Source: Candidatus Sericytochromatia bacterium
GTDB lineage: Bacteria > Cyanobacteriota > Sericytochromatia > S15B-MN24 > UBA4093
Reading direction: 5' to 3'
Assembly (NCBI GenBank): GCA_036676985.1
Contig: JAKFBU010000073.1
Coordinates: 1 to 64,000, forward strand
Length of the DNA: 64,000 bases
Translations under genes and position numbers: made by a program
Shown: positions 28,803-41,014 of the stretch, one piece after another
How the letters are laid out: the number at the start of each line of letters is the position of its first letter
How positions within the stretch are numbered: the stretch's first letter is position 1
The notes under the pieces: generated by a model
The model's input: only the letters and a program-made list of their open reading frames with translations
Database searches by the model: none
What the model was told of the DNA's origin: nothing

Positions 28803-30206
28803 CTAGTACCGCGTGCGGACGGTGAAGGTGACCTTCTCTTCCTTGTGAGCCGGCACCTTGACCGCGAACTCCACGGTCGTGGCGTTGGTCTTGGTGAAGG
28901 CATGCGAGTTCTTCACCAGCTCCCAGTCCCCCCCCATGTGCTCGACGGTCGTGATGGTCACGGGCGCGTCCTTGTGGTTGCGCAAGGAGACCTCGTAGGA
29001 GGACTCGACGAGGCGATCGCCCAGGACCTTGTAGCTGGTCTGACGCCGCTCGCCCACCAGATCGAAGGCCTGGCCCATCTTGACCTGGACCTTCTCGTCA
29101 CGCGGCGTGTGGTCGATGGCATCCTCTCCGATGAACTGCAGGCGCTTGTCCTGGTCCTGCTGATAGACCCGGATCGTCCCCTTGGGCAAGGGCATGCCGA
29201 GCTTGTCCTTCTTGGAGTTCATCATCTCCAGGTACACATCCACCTTCTGGCTCTTGCGCTCCGAGTTCTGGTACCAGATGGGGAAGCCCGCGCCGGCCTC
29301 GAACCGGAAGACCTTCTTGGTCGGGATGTCCGCCGCCGACAGGAGGCTCAGCTGCTTGGTCTGGTTGTCCTTGAGGGTCGTCGGCCGGTTGAGCTGGTAC
29401 GAGTGGTACTCGAACAGCGCCCGCTCGGCGAACTGCTGATCGGCCGCCGCCGGTGCCGACTTCATGGCCCGCAGCTCGTCGTAACGGTACTGCGGCTGCT
29501 CACGCACCCGGTTCACGTCGCCTGCGACCAGGGTCAGGCGCGCGTTCTGGTAGGTGGCGCCGCTATGGTTGTTGAGCGTCACCCAGCCGTTGAGGTTGGA
29601 CTGGGTCTGCTTGTCGTTGACGACCACGACGTAGTTGGCCTTCCAGGACATGCCGCCCGTGAGGTACGAGACCTCCGTTTGCTGCTCGCCTGCGGACCGG
29701 TCGTTCTGGAGCATCCACTTGAGCGTGGGGCGCGCAATGAGGTTGTCGGGCACCTTGGGCAGGACCACCGCGCCCGGCGCCTGCATGTAGATCTTGTCGC
29801 CGATCCGGTACACCGCGCCCTCGTTGGTGCTCAACAGCGTGGCCTTCGAGATGGCGTTGCCCGTGTGGATCTCGACCTCCTGGCCGATGTACTTCTCGAG
29901 CAGCTTGTGGGGCGTGAGCAGGTCGTACTCGTAGTTCTGCTCGAGGACCTGCAGGTCCTGCGGGGCCGTGAGCGATCGCAAGGACACCGACGTCGGGTCG
30001 ATCTGGGCGGCCACGTCCGCGAACTGTAGCTCGCGGGCTCCCTTCTCGAGCTTGAGGGCGCGCACCTCGCGCACCAGGCCCAGGTTGTCGTTGTAGATGG
30101 TGACGGACAGATCCTTCTGGTCGGCGATGGTGCTCTGCTCGGCCAGGGCCGGCGCCGTCCCGAGGATGACCGTGCCGGCCAAGAGAGCGGACAAGACTTT
30201 CTGCAT
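28803..30206 (-). CDS. DUF4139/DUF4140-type secreted protein
   Basis: Signal peptide; VTIYN.NLGLVRE, EQNYEYDL, SYLTGG.SW.A.Y and LVAGDV motifs. Confidence 0.82.
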   Translation of the reverse strand: MQKVLSALLAGTVILGTAPALAEQSTIADQKDLSVTIYNDNLGLVREVRALKLEKGARELQFADVAAQIDPTSVSLRSLTAPQDLQVLEQNYEYDLLTPHKLLEKYIGQEVEIHTGNAISKATLLSTNEGAVYRIGDKIYMQAPGAVVLPKVPDNLIARPTLKWMLQNDRSAGEQQTEVSYLTGGMSWKANYVVVVNDKQTQSNLNGWVTLNNHSGATYQNARLTLVAGDVNRVREQPQYRYDELRAMKSAPAAADQQFAERALFEYHSYQLNRPTTLKDNQTKQLSLLSAADIPTKKVFRFEAGAGFPIWYQNSERKSQKVDVYLEMMNSKKDKLGMPLPKGTIRVYQQDQDKRLQFIGEDAIDHTPRDEKVQVKMGQAFDLVGERRQTSYKVLGDRLVESSYEVSLRNHKDAPVTITTVEHMGGDWELVKNSHAFTKTNATTVEFAVKVPAHKEEKVTFTVRTRY

Positions 30207-30279
30207 GCTTCGTACCTCCAAGCAACCGACGAAGGAAAGGGCCCGGAGGTTCCCTCCGGGCCCTTTGGTACTGCTTACC

Positions 30280-31101
30280 CTACTTCAGTTTGGCGTAGAC
30301 GTCCGCGAACACCTTCTTGGAAGCACGGATGTCCGAGAAATCGCGCACGTAGCGCTCTGCTGCGTCCTTGGCGTCGGCGTCGTTGGTCTGGTAGAGGCCG
30401 CGGACCTGGTAGCCGCGGATGATCCAGTCGCTGGAATCCAGCTTGGCGGCCTTGGTCAGGAGCGTCATGGCCTTCTTGGGGTCGCCGCCCACCGCCCCGG
30501 GGGCCTCGAGGTAGTAGCGCCCCAGCACGTACCAGGCGCGGGAATTCTCGGGATCGACCTGGGTGGCCTTCTCGAACTCCTTGCGGACGCCGAGTCCGTA
30601 GCGGATCATCGCCATGAAGCCCTCGCGCTTTGCCTTGAGGGCCTGCGCGCCGCCGCGCACGACGTAGAGCTCCGAGCGCGACCAGTCGTCGGCGCCCTTG
30701 AAGCCGGGGTGGCTCTCGAGCTTGTCGCAGAGATCCATGGACTGGTCGTACTTCTCGATCATCAGGAGGGCGTGGGCCAGCATGATCTGGTTCTCGTAGC
30801 TGTCGTCCGCCGCCACGGCCTTCTTGAAGTAGTCGTAGCCCTCGTCGTACTCGCCCTGACGCTCGTACACGAAGCCCATCTCGTAGAGCGCGGCCGCGTC
30901 GTTGGGATTCTTCTTGAGGGCCTCTTCGAGGGTGGCCTTGGCGGCCGCGAAGTTGCCGTTGACGCGCTGGCTCTTGGCCTTGGCGACCAAGGGCGACGCG
31001 GGAGCGGCCGCCACCATGTAGGTCGACCCGGAAACGGGCGCCGCCACGGCGGGAACGCCCATCATGCCGAGGGCCATGGCACCAATGAGAAGCTTCTGCA
31101 A
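30280..31101 (-). CDS. secreted tetratricopeptide repeat protein
   Basis: Signal peptide, TPR-like helices and GR.Y..AP...GGD motif; probable TTG start after aaggag. Confidence 0.75.
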   Translation of the reverse strand: MQKLLIGAMALGMMGVPAVAAPVSGSTYMVAAAPASPLVAKAKSQRVNGNFAAAKATLEEALKKNPNDAAALYEMGFVYERQGEYDEGYDYFKKAVAADDSYENQIMLAHALLMIEKYDQSMDLCDKLESHPGFKGADDWSRSELYVVRGGAQALKAKREGFMAMIRYGLGVRKEFEKATQVDPENSRAWYVLGRYYLEAPGAVGGDPKKAMTLLTKAAKLDSSDWIIRGYQVRGLYQTNDADAKDAAERYVRDFSDIRASKKVFADVYAKLK

Positions 31102-31197
31102 GGATGGATCTCCTTCCATAAAGAAAAAGGGCGGGGACGCGACGACGCGCCCCCGCTATTGTGTCTCAGCAGTTCCCCTTTAGGCAAGTGGAAGCGC

Positions 31198-34005
31198 TTA
31201 TTTGGCCTCCATCCAGCTCGGCCCGACGGCGATCTCGACCTTGAGGGGCACGTCGAGGGGATAGGCCCCCTCCATGGTCTCCCGCACCAGGTCGCGCACG
31301 CTGTCGATCTCGTCGGTCGGGACCTCGAAGACCAGTTCGTCGTGCACCTGCAGGATCATGCGGGTCCGGAGCTGGCGCTCGGTCAGGGCCTGCTGGAGGC
31401 GGATCATGGCGATCTTGATGATGTCCGCCGCCGTCCCCTGGATGGGCGAGTTGACGCTAGTGCGCTCGCCGAAGTCCCGCAGGCGCTTGTCGTTGATCTC
31501 GGGGATGTAGCGCCGACGGCCCAAGAGCGTCGTGGCGTACCCGCGGCGCTTGACCAGGGCCACCGCCTCGATGGTGTAGTGCTTGATCTTGGGATAATGC
31601 TGCCAGAAGGCGTCGATGAACGCCTTGGCCTCGCCCATGGGAATGCCGAGCACCTTCGAGAGGCTGAAGGCCCCCTGGCCGTAGATGGTCGCGAAGTTGA
31701 CGGTCTTCGCCATCCGGCGCTGGTCCTTGGTGACCTCTTCGAGGGGCACGCGGAAGATCTGAGAGGCCGTGAGGGCGTGGATATCCTCGTCCTTCCGGAA
31801 TGCCTCGATGAACACGGGCTCCTGGGCGATCTGGGCCAGGAGGCGCAGCTCGATCTGCGAGTAGTCCGCCGCCATGATGACGTGATCCGGCAGGGACGGA
31901 ACGAACGCCCGGCGGATCTCGCGCCCTTCGTCCGTGCGGATGGGGATGTTCTGGAGGTTGGGGCGCTCCGAGCTGAGGCGGCCGGTGGCGGCCACCATCT
32001 GGTTGTAGGAGGTGTGGATCTTGTGGGTCCGGGCGTTGATGAGCTCGGGCAGGCTGTCCACATAGGTGCCCTTGAGCTTTGTCAGCTGGCGGAACTCCAG
32101 GATCTTGGCCACCGCCTCATGCTGGCTCGAAAGCTCTTCGAGCACGCTCGCGTCCGTCGAGGGCTCCTTCTTGGGCGTGCGCTTGAGGACGGGCAGTTGC
32201 AGCTTGTCGAAGAGAATGACCGCTAGCTGCTTGGGGCTGTTGATGTTGAACTCTTCGCCCGCAAGGGCCCAGATCTCCTGCTCGAGCTCCTTCAAGCGGT
32301 TGCCGAAGACATGCGAAAGCTGGCCCAGGTAGCCCTGGTCCACTCGGACGCCGTACTGCTCCATGCTCGCGAGCACGTCGATCAAGGGCAGCTCGATGTC
32401 CGTGAAGAGGTGCACCAGGCCGTCCTTGACGAGCTGATCGTTCAGGTGCTCGACGAGCTCGAGGGAGACGGCGGCGTCGGCGGCGGCATAGGACGCGGCC
32501 TTGTCGATGGGCACCTTGGCCATGGTGATGGCCTTGGCACCGGTGCCGATGAGCTCCGAGATGGGCGTCATGCGGTACTGCAGGCGATCCCAGGCGACCT
32601 CCTTGAGGCCGTGCGAGCGGCTCGTGTCCAGGAGGTAGTCGACGAGCATGGAGTCGAAGCGGATGCCCCGGACATGGATGCCCTGGCACGATAGGACGTT
32701 CATGTCGTACTTGGCGTTGTGGGCGGTCTTGGCGATGTCCGGATTCTCGAAGAACGGCTTCACGGCCGCGACGACGGTCTCCAGCGGCAGCTGCTCGCCC
32801 TCCAGGTGGCCGACCGGGATGTAGATGCTCCGGGCCTCGGTGGCGAGCGTCGCCCCGAAGGCCAGGGAGATGCCCACCAGGTTTGCGGACATGGGGTCCA
32901 GGCTGTCGGTCTCGGTGTCGAAGGCGACGAGCGCCTGCGTCTCGAGGGCCGCGACGAGTTCGTGCAGCTGCTCCAGCGTGGTAACGACCTCGAGCTTGAG
33001 GTCGAGGGGGCGCTCGGTGGCGTCCGTCACCAGGCCCGGGACCTCGGCCCGCGCCTCGTTGCCCGCGAAGTCCGCGAGGATCTTGGGCAGGTCGCGCAGG
33101 ATGGAGTTGAATTGCAGGTCCGTGAGCACCTGCGTGAGCTGGGTCAGCTCCGGGATGCGCATCTCGCAGTGCTCCCAGTCGAAGTTGTCGAGGGGCACGT
33201 TGAGGTCGATGGTGGCGAGGCGCAGGCTCTGGCGCGCGCTCTCGATGTTCTCGGCGAGCTTCTGGCGCAGCTTGGCGTTGTCGAGCTTGTCGAGGCTCGC
33301 CAGCAGGTTCTCGACCGTCCCCCACTCGTGGAGCAGCTTCTTGGCGGTCTTGTCGCCGATGCCGGGCACGCCCTTGATGTTGTCGGAGCTGTCGCCCGCC
33401 AGGCCCTTGTACTCGATGATCTGCAGCGGCGTGAGGCCGTCGAACTCCTCGCCCACGCGCTTCTCGTCGACGCGGATGAGCTCCGAGCCGGACTTGGCCC
33501 ACAGGATGTTGATGTGGTCGTCGACCAGCTGGAAGGCGTCGCGATCGCCCGTGACGATGAGCACCTCGTAGCCCTTGGCGGCCGCCTGCTTGGAGATGGT
33601 CCCGATGACGTCATCGGCCTCGAAGCCGTCCAGCTCGTAGATGGGCAGGTCGAAGGCCCGCACCACCTGGCGGATGAAGTCCATCTGGAGGATGAGGTCG
33701 TCCGGCATGGGCTTGCGGTGCGCCTTGTAGTCGACGGATTCCTCGTGGCGGAAGGTTTTGGCCGCGCGGTCGAAGGCCACGGCCATGAGGTCGGGCTTGA
33801 ACTTGCCGATCACGTCCAGGATGGTCTTGGTGAAGCCGTACACGGCCCAGGTCGGGATGCCGTCGCGGGTGGCGAGGCCCATGCGCATGAGCGCGAAGTG
33901 CGCCCGGTAGGCGATCGCATGCCCGTCGATGAGCACCAGGCGCCGCTTCTTGGCGGGGGCCTCGGGCTTCGCGGCTTCGGCGGCCAGAGAGGTCGTCGTC
34001 ATCAT
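31198..34005 (-). CDS. polA: DNA polymerase I
   Basis: 5'-3' exonuclease (LIDG, EADD, GDRD), 3'-5' exonuclease (FDTET, HNAKYD) and polymerase motifs (DYSQIELR, K..NF...YG, QVHDEL). Confidence 0.98.
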   Translation of the reverse strand: MMTTTSLAAEAAKPEAPAKKRRLVLIDGHAIAYRAHFALMRMGLATRDGIPTWAVYGFTKTILDVIGKFKPDLMAVAFDRAAKTFRHEESVDYKAHRKPMPDDLILQMDFIRQVVRAFDLPIYELDGFEADDVIGTISKQAAAKGYEVLIVTGDRDAFQLVDDHINILWAKSGSELIRVDEKRVGEEFDGLTPLQIIEYKGLAGDSSDNIKGVPGIGDKTAKKLLHEWGTVENLLASLDKLDNAKLRQKLAENIESARQSLRLATIDLNVPLDNFDWEHCEMRIPELTQLTQVLTDLQFNSILRDLPKILADFAGNEARAEVPGLVTDATERPLDLKLEVVTTLEQLHELVAALETQALVAFDTETDSLDPMSANLVGISLAFGATLATEARSIYIPVGHLEGEQLPLETVVAAVKPFFENPDIAKTAHNAKYDMNVLSCQGIHVRGIRFDSMLVDYLLDTSRSHGLKEVAWDRLQYRMTPISELIGTGAKAITMAKVPIDKAASYAAADAAVSLELVEHLNDQLVKDGLVHLFTDIELPLIDVLASMEQYGVRVDQGYLGQLSHVFGNRLKELEQEIWALAGEEFNINSPKQLAVILFDKLQLPVLKRTPKKEPSTDASVLEELSSQHEAVAKILEFRQLTKLKGTYVDSLPELINARTHKIHTSYNQMVAATGRLSSERPNLQNIPIRTDEGREIRRAFVPSLPDHVIMAADYSQIELRLLAQIAQEPVFIEAFRKDEDIHALTASQIFRVPLEEVTKDQRRMAKTVNFATIYGQGAFSLSKVLGIPMGEAKAFIDAFWQHYPKIKHYTIEAVALVKRRGYATTLLGRRRYIPEINDKRLRDFGERTSVNSPIQGTAADIIKIAMIRLQQALTERQLRTRMILQVHDELVFEVPTDEIDSVRDLVRETMEGAYPLDVPLKVEIAVGPSWMEAK

Positions 34006-34862
34006 TCCTCCGTCAGTTCCAACGCGCGCTGGTAGACCTCGCGCTTCGCGACGCCCAGCTCGCGCGACAGTTGCTTGCTGGCATCCTGCTTACTCATGCC
34101 CTGGCCGAGCAGCTCTTTCAGCCGGCCATCCAGATCGATCTCGGGTTCGGGGACCTCGTTTGCCGGGCACCCGCCCACCACGAGCGTGAACTCGCCCCGT
34201 GGCTCGTGGGCCGTGAAGTGGGCGATGACGCTCGACAGCGTCCCGCGCACCACCTCCTCGAAGGTCTTCGTGAGCTCCCGGGCCGCCGCCACGGGACGCT
34301 CGGGTCCGAAGGCCGCCGCGAGGTCCTGCAGGGTGTCCAGGAGGCGGTGCGGGCCCTCGTAGAAGACGAGGGTCCGCGTCTCGCCCGTCATGGTCCTGAG
34401 CAGCCGGCGGCGCGCCTTACCCTCACGTGGCAGGAAGCCTTCGAAGACCCAGCGGGCCGTGGGCAGGCCCGAGACCACGAGCCCCGTCACGGCCGCGACC
34501 GGGCCGGGAACGGGCACGACGGGGATGGCGGCCGCGATCGCTGCTTTGATGAGCTCCTCGCCCGGATCCGAGATGCCCGGCATTCCGGCGTCCGAGATGA
34601 GCGCCACGCTCTCGCCCGCCTGCATGCGCGCGACAAGGCGCGGCGTCTGGCTCTGGGCGTTGTGCTCGTGGTAGCTGACGGTGGGCGTCTCGATCGCGAA
34701 GCGGGTCAGGAGCTTTGCCGCCTGTCGGGTGTCCTCGGCCGCGATCACATGCACCGCCTTGAGGGTCTCGAGGGCGCGCAGCGTGATGTCGGACAGGTTC
34801 CCGATGGGCGTCCCGCACACGTAGAGGGTGCCGGGCGTGGTAGCAGCGGACGGCGGCGTCAT
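34002..34862 (-). CDS. rsmI: 16S rRNA C1402 2'-O-methyltransferase
   Basis: TPIGNL.DI..RA, AEDTR, SDAGMP.ISDPG and RELTK.FEE motifs. Confidence 0.95.
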   Translation of the reverse strand: MTPPSAATTPGTLYVCGTPIGNLSDITLRALETLKAVHVIAAEDTRQAAKLLTRFAIETPTVSYHEHNAQSQTPRLVARMQAGESVALISDAGMPGISDPGEELIKAAIAAAIPVVPVPGPVAAVTGLVVSGLPTARWVFEGFLPREGKARRRLLRTMTGETRTLVFYEGPHRLLDTLQDLAAAFGPERPVAAARELTKTFEEVVRGTLSSVIAHFTAHEPRGEFTLVVGGCPANEVPEPEIDLDGRLKELLGQGMSKQDASKQLSRELGVAKREVYQRALELTEE

Positions 34863-34995
34863 CCCTTGATTCTAGCATTTTTGCCGCCGGCGGGGCGGCA
34901 AGATTAAGGGGAATTTATCAGAAGCGGGCCCACGAGACGCAACTTTTGGAAAGAAAGGAGCTATAAGATAACCAAAGGATAACCTAGGAGGACTC

Positions 34996-36144
34996 ATGAC
35001 CCCGCGCGCTGTAACACCCGACGAAACCAGGCATGTGAAGCCTGTGGCCGCCATTCGGCGGCTTGGTGGAACAGTTTCGTCAGGCGTTATGACCATTCTG
35101 CTGAGCCTGACCTTGTGCCTGGCGGCATGCGGCAACGCCGAGGACATCCCCTCGCTTCCGGACACGTCGGACGAGCCCGATACCTTCGCCTCCCTCCCGC
35201 CCTTCGACTTCGGCTTCGACGAGCCGAGCACGTCGAGCGCCACGCCGAGCGCGGCCCCCATCGTCCAGCCCACCCTGCCGCCGGGCGTGCCGCCGACCAA
35301 CAACGGCTCGGCCCTGCCGAACAACTTCTTCCGCTACATCGGCAACGGCTACCTGCAGTCCTGGCTCTTCCAGCCCATGGGCCTCGCGATGACGGGCGAC
35401 ATGGTGCTCGTGGCGGACGCCGAGCGCCAAACCGATCCGCTCGGCGCCTACGGCGGCGTGCTGATGTTCGACGGCCGCGCGGCGGACGCCTCGCGCCCGG
35501 TGGGTGGCATCTACGCGGCCCTCACGGCGGGGACCCCGCCCCAGCGCCTGGCGCCGAGCATGAAGGCCCTCGCGGCCGGTCCCGACGTCCTCTACGCCAT
35601 GGACGGCACGGGCGTCTACGGCTTCATGCTGGACTCGCGCAACCCCCTCAACCTGGGCCGCCCCTACACGGGCACCGGGGCGGACCTCGCCGTGGCGGGC
35701 CCCACCGTGTACGTCGCCCAGAGCGGGGCGGTCAACGCCTTCGCCTATGGCACCTTCGCCTCCGACCCCGCCACGCCCTCGATCCCCGTCGCCGCCCGCG
35801 GCCTCGGCTCGGACACGGCCGGAAACCTCTACGTGGCCTCCGCCACCCACGTCACCCGCTACACGAACGGCCAGGTCTCGCTGTCGTTCGACGGCAAGGG
35901 CAGTGACGGCCAGGGCCCCGGCTTCACCGAGCTGACGGACGTGGCCTGCGACTCCCGCAACGGGGACTTTTACGTCCTCGATCGCCGAGCGGTCCTGCGC
36001 TTCGATCATGCCGGCCGCTTCCTGAGCCGCTTCGGCCAGGACCTGATCCAGGGGGCCACGAGCATCGCCGTGGGCGCCCATGGCGAGGTCTACGTCAGCG
36101 ATACGACCGCTCGTCGGGTCTTGCAGTTCGAAGCCAGCCGTTAA
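34996..36144 (+). CDS. NHL-type beta-propeller lipoprotein
   Basis: RBS aggagg, lipobox LAAC, Pro-rich linker, then propeller blades (G..YV.D). Confidence 0.7.
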   Translation: MTPRAVTPDETRHVKPVAAIRRLGGTVSSGVMTILLSLTLCLAACGNAEDIPSLPDTSDEPDTFASLPPFDFGFDEPSTSSATPSAAPIVQPTLPPGVPPTNNGSALPNNFFRYIGNGYLQSWLFQPMGLAMTGDMVLVADAERQTDPLGAYGGVLMFDGRAADASRPVGGIYAALTAGTPPQRLAPSMKALAAGPDVLYAMDGTGVYGFMLDSRNPLNLGRPYTGTGADLAVAGPTVYVAQSGAVNAFAYGTFASDPATPSIPVAARGLGSDTAGNLYVASATHVTRYTNGQVSLSFDGKGSDGQGPGFTELTDVACDSRNGDFYVLDRRAVLRFDHAGRFLSRFGQDLIQGATSIAVGAHGEVYVSDTTARRVLQFEASR

Positions 36145-36315
36145 CAGACATTCTGTCCGCTTTTCAAGCCCACTTTCGGCACTCTGAACAAGGGTGTACG
36201 GAAGGAAGCCCTTCCCAGATCCGTGAAGATTCGTTAAGATACTGTCAACGGGCACCCGCCTGAAGTGACATAACAGGGGGTTAAGGGAATAAGAGAGGTA
36301 GGGAGGTGGTGACGA

Positions 36316-36789
36316 ATGCAAGTTCTCGTCCTGAGTAACACCTACCAGCCGCTCTACACCTGCGGCATCGAGAAGGCCATCACGCTCGTCTACCTGGGCA
36401 AGGCCGTCTCGGTCAAGGACTCCGAGCAGATCATCCGCTCGCCGTCCACGACCATGCGCGTCCCCCAGGCCATCAGATTGCTCGTCAAGGCGGTCGTCCA
36501 CAAGTACTACGAGACGGTCCGCCCCACGAGGCAGGCCGTCTTCAAGCGTGACAAGCACGTCTGCCAGTACTGCGGCGGCCGGGGCGACCTGACCATCGAC
36601 CACATCCACCCGCGCTCGCGCGGCGGGGAGGACACCTGGGAGAATCTGGTCACGGCCTGCCAGAAGTGCAACAACCGCAAGGGAGACAGGCGGCCCGACG
36701 AGGCCGGGATGCCCCTCAACTGCACGCCACGGGCTCCGCGGATGGTGGAGATCGCCTCCGAGCTGTGGTCCAAGCTGATGGGGTGGTAA
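36316..36789 (+). CDS. HNH endonuclease
   Basis: VLVL..TY.PL, RD...CQYCG, TIDH..PRSRGG..TWENLVTAC..CN.RK motifs. Confidence 0.92.
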   Translation: MQVLVLSNTYQPLYTCGIEKAITLVYLGKAVSVKDSEQIIRSPSTTMRVPQAIRLLVKAVVHKYYETVRPTRQAVFKRDKHVCQYCGGRGDLTIDHIHPRSRGGEDTWENLVTACQKCNNRKGDRRPDEAGMPLNCTPRAPRMVEIASELWSKLMGW

Positions 36790-36793
36790 GTTG

Positions 36794-36819
36794 AAAGGCC
36801 GGTCGTTCGACCGGCCTTT
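36794..36819. terminator. bidirectional terminator
   Basis: aaaggccggtc-gttc-gaccggccttt. Confidence 0.75.
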
Positions 36820-36830
36820 GCGGTAGGGAG

Positions 36831-37832
36831 TTAGGCCTTCTGGAGCCAGCCCACCACGTCCATGGCGTGGTAGGTGAGAATGAGGTCCGCGCCCGCGCGC
36901 TTGAACCCCACCATGGTCTCCATGACGACGCGCTCCTCGTCGATCCAGCCCGCCTTGGCGGCGGCCTTGACCATGGCGTACTCGCCCGAGACGTTGTAGC
37001 ACGCCACCGGACGATCCGTCGCCTGCTTCACGCGGTAGATGACGTCCATGTAGGCCAAGGCCGGCTTGACCATGACGATGTCCGCGCCCTCGGCCACGTC
37101 CAGCGCGAGCTCCTTCATGGCCTCCCGGGCGTTGGCGGGGTCCATCTGGTAGCTGCGGCGATCGCCAAACGTCGGCGCCGAGTCCGCCGCGTCCCGGAAG
37201 GGCCCGTAGTAGCCCGAGGCGTACTTCACCGAGTAGGCCATGATGGGCACCTGGTCAAAGCCCGCGGCATCGAGTGCCTCGCGGATGGCCCCCACCCGGC
37301 CGTCCATCATGTCGCTGGGGGCGACCATATCGGCACCCGCCCGGGCGTGGCTCACGGCCGTCTTCTGCAACAGCTCCAGCGTCGGGTCGTTGAGGAGCTC
37401 CTCGCCCTGGATGATGCCGCAGTGGCCGTGCGAGGTGTACTCGCACATGCACACGTCCGTGATGACCATCAGCTCGGGCACCGCCGCCTTGACGGCCCGG
37501 ACGGCCTCCTGGACGATCCCGTTGTGGTCCCAGGCGCCAGAGCCCAGCTCGTCCTTCTCGGGCGGCAGACCGAACAGGATCACGCCGCCGAGGCCCGCCT
37601 CGTACGCGCGCCGGGCGTCCTTGACCACCTCGTCCACCGAGCACTGGAACACCCCCGGCATCGAGCCGACTTCCTTGCGGAAGCCCGTGCCGGGCACCGC
37701 GAAGAGCGGCCAGATGAGGTCCGAGGGCCGAACGTGATGCTCGCGCACCATGCGGCGCATGGCCTCGGTGCGGCGCAGGCGGCGCGGCCGGTGCGTCATG
37801 GGGGGGATCTGGGCGGTGGTCGTGGTGGTCAT
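36831..37832 (-). CDS. hemB: porphobilinogen synthase (Zn-type)
   Basis: [28 protein letters not shown] and YNVSGEY motifs. Confidence 0.97.
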   Translation of the reverse strand: MTTTTTAQIPPMTHRPRRLRRTEAMRRMVREHHVRPSDLIWPLFAVPGTGFRKEVGSMPGVFQCSVDEVVKDARRAYEAGLGGVILFGLPPEKDELGSGAWDHNGIVQEAVRAVKAAVPELMVITDVCMCEYTSHGHCGIIQGEELLNDPTLELLQKTAVSHARAGADMVAPSDMMDGRVGAIREALDAAGFDQVPIMAYSVKYASGYYGPFRDAADSAPTFGDRRSYQMDPANAREAMKELALDVAEGADIVMVKPALAYMDVIYRVKQATDRPVACYNVSGEYAMVKAAAKAGWIDEERVVMETMVGFKRAGADLILTYHAMDVVGWLQKA

Positions 37833-37841
37833 GGGCGCAGT

Positions 37842-39671
<1,830 letters not shown>

Positions 39672-39758
39672 ATGCTTTCGATCTATCCTTCATGGAACGC
39701 GGGAAACGGCATGAAAAAAGGCCAGGGGCCCCGCGGATCTTCGCCCTGCCAATCCCCA

Positions 39759-39787
39759 AATTTTACACGAGCAGCTACCTCTCGGCA
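39759..39787 (-). promoter_or_regulatory. sigma70-like glmS promoter
   Basis: TTGCCG-17 nt-TAAAAT on the minus strand. Confidence 0.5.
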
Positions 39788-39968
39788 ACGCCGAGGCCTT
39801 GAAACATCCGCCCTGCGGGGATCTACGGAACTTCCATAACCTACCCTTAAGGGTCTTTACTTTCCCTTAATTTTTGATTAATATGGCTTTCACCTGAAGG
39901 GGACTCCCCCATGCTTCAGCCCGGACACTCCGCGCTCAAGGGCGAGCGCAGCTGACGAGGAGAAGTGC

Positions 39969-40919
39969 ATGCAGTTGAGATCCTTCCCGGTCATCGATCG
40001 CCCGATCATGACCATGCCCGAGATCACGGTGACGACCAAGGCCGCTCCGCCGGTCTGGAAGACCGTGCTCGGGATGCTGCGGCCTCACCGCTGGGCGCTG
40101 CCGATGGTGGCCCTCTTGTGCGGCGCGCTGCTCTCGGGGGGGGAAACGGTCCTGCGTGACCAGTGGGCCGTCCTGAGCCTCGGGTTGCTCCTGGTGGGCC
40201 CCCTGCTCACGGGCGCCGGCTCGGCCATCAACGCCTACTTCGACCGCGACGTGACGGACCACCACGCCTACGAGCTCCTGCGCTCGGCGCGGCTCAACCT
40301 GGACGCGATGGTCGCGACCATCGGCGTGATGAGCCTGCTCTCGCTCTTGGTTGCCCATCAGCTCGGCAGCTTCGCCTTCAACGTCACGGCCCTGACGCTC
40401 GCCATCTACTTCGCCCTCAACGCGCCGCCCCTCCGGCTGCGCCGCCACACCTGGTGGAACGCCGTCTTCTTCGGCCTGGTCTCCGCCGGCGGCCCGTGGA
40501 TCCTGGGCGAGACCTTCGTCGGCCCCGTGAGCGCCAACTCCATCGTGCTCGCGAGCATCTTCGGCTTCGGCGCCCTCGGCCTGCACCTCATCGACACCCT
40601 GGAGCGCGGCGAGGGCGAGCGCCGGGCCGGCCTGCGGACGCTCGCAGCCCTCTTGGGCCCCGAGGTGGGCGCGGGCATCTCGGCGCTGGTCATCGACACG
40701 AGCCTCTTGGGCGCGGCCATCGTCTGCTTCGGCGCCCAGGCCATGCCCGCCGCGGGCGCGCTCCTCGTGGCCCTGGGGCTGCTCCTGAGCCTCCAGATCG
40801 TGAGCTTCAAGCGCCCTGCCATCAAGCCGAACGTGGTCTACGCCTTCAGCCTCGTCCTCTACATGGCGGCGATGCTCATCTCGGCCACCTCGCTCTGCCA
40901 GCACGTCATCGACCTCTAA
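39969..40919 (+). CDS. UbiA-superfamily membrane protein resembling (bacterio)chlorophyll synthase ChlG/BchG, catalytic motifs degenerate
   Basis: 8-9 TM; LRPHRW..PM.ALLCGA..SG, GPLLTG....IN.YFDRD, APPLRLR, PW..G and EGER..GL motifs; RBS gaggag. Confidence 0.7.
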   Translation: MQLRSFPVIDRPIMTMPEITVTTKAAPPVWKTVLGMLRPHRWALPMVALLCGALLSGGETVLRDQWAVLSLGLLLVGPLLTGAGSAINAYFDRDVTDHHAYELLRSARLNLDAMVATIGVMSLLSLLVAHQLGSFAFNVTALTLAIYFALNAPPLRLRRHTWWNAVFFGLVSAGGPWILGETFVGPVSANSIVLASIFGFGALGLHLIDTLERGEGERRAGLRTLAALLGPEVGAGISALVIDTSLLGAAIVCFGAQAMPAAGALLVALGLLLSLQIVSFKRPAIKPNVVYAFSLVLYMAAMLISATSLCQHVIDL

Positions 40920-40983
40920 GCGAACAGCGGTTCCAGTAGGCGCCCGACGCTACTCGACTTTTCACAAAACTTTATGTAGCATT

Positions 40984-41014
40984 GTGAAGCATCGGTTCCT
41001 CACCGATGCTTCAC
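40984..41014 (+). terminator. hairpin terminator
   Basis: gtgaagcatcggt-tcctc-accgatgcttcac followed by gctttctt. Confidence 0.65.

Noticed and set aside
36316-36789. HNH nuclease as part of a defence or mobile system
   Set aside because: It is a stand-alone member of a widespread small HNH family, with no methylase, ATPase, repeat array or mobile-element ends nearby.
39690-39825. Possible structured RNA or attenuator in the glmS leader (hairpin followed by U6)
   Set aside because: The stems are weak or bulged, and the region is adequately explained by a TTGCCG-17-TAAAAT promoter.
39915-39965. glmS-ribozyme-like words (agc...hairpin...tgacgagga) next to glmS
   Set aside because: They are on the strand facing away from glmS, the downstream core is missing, and gaggag is simply the RBS of the UbiA-like gene.
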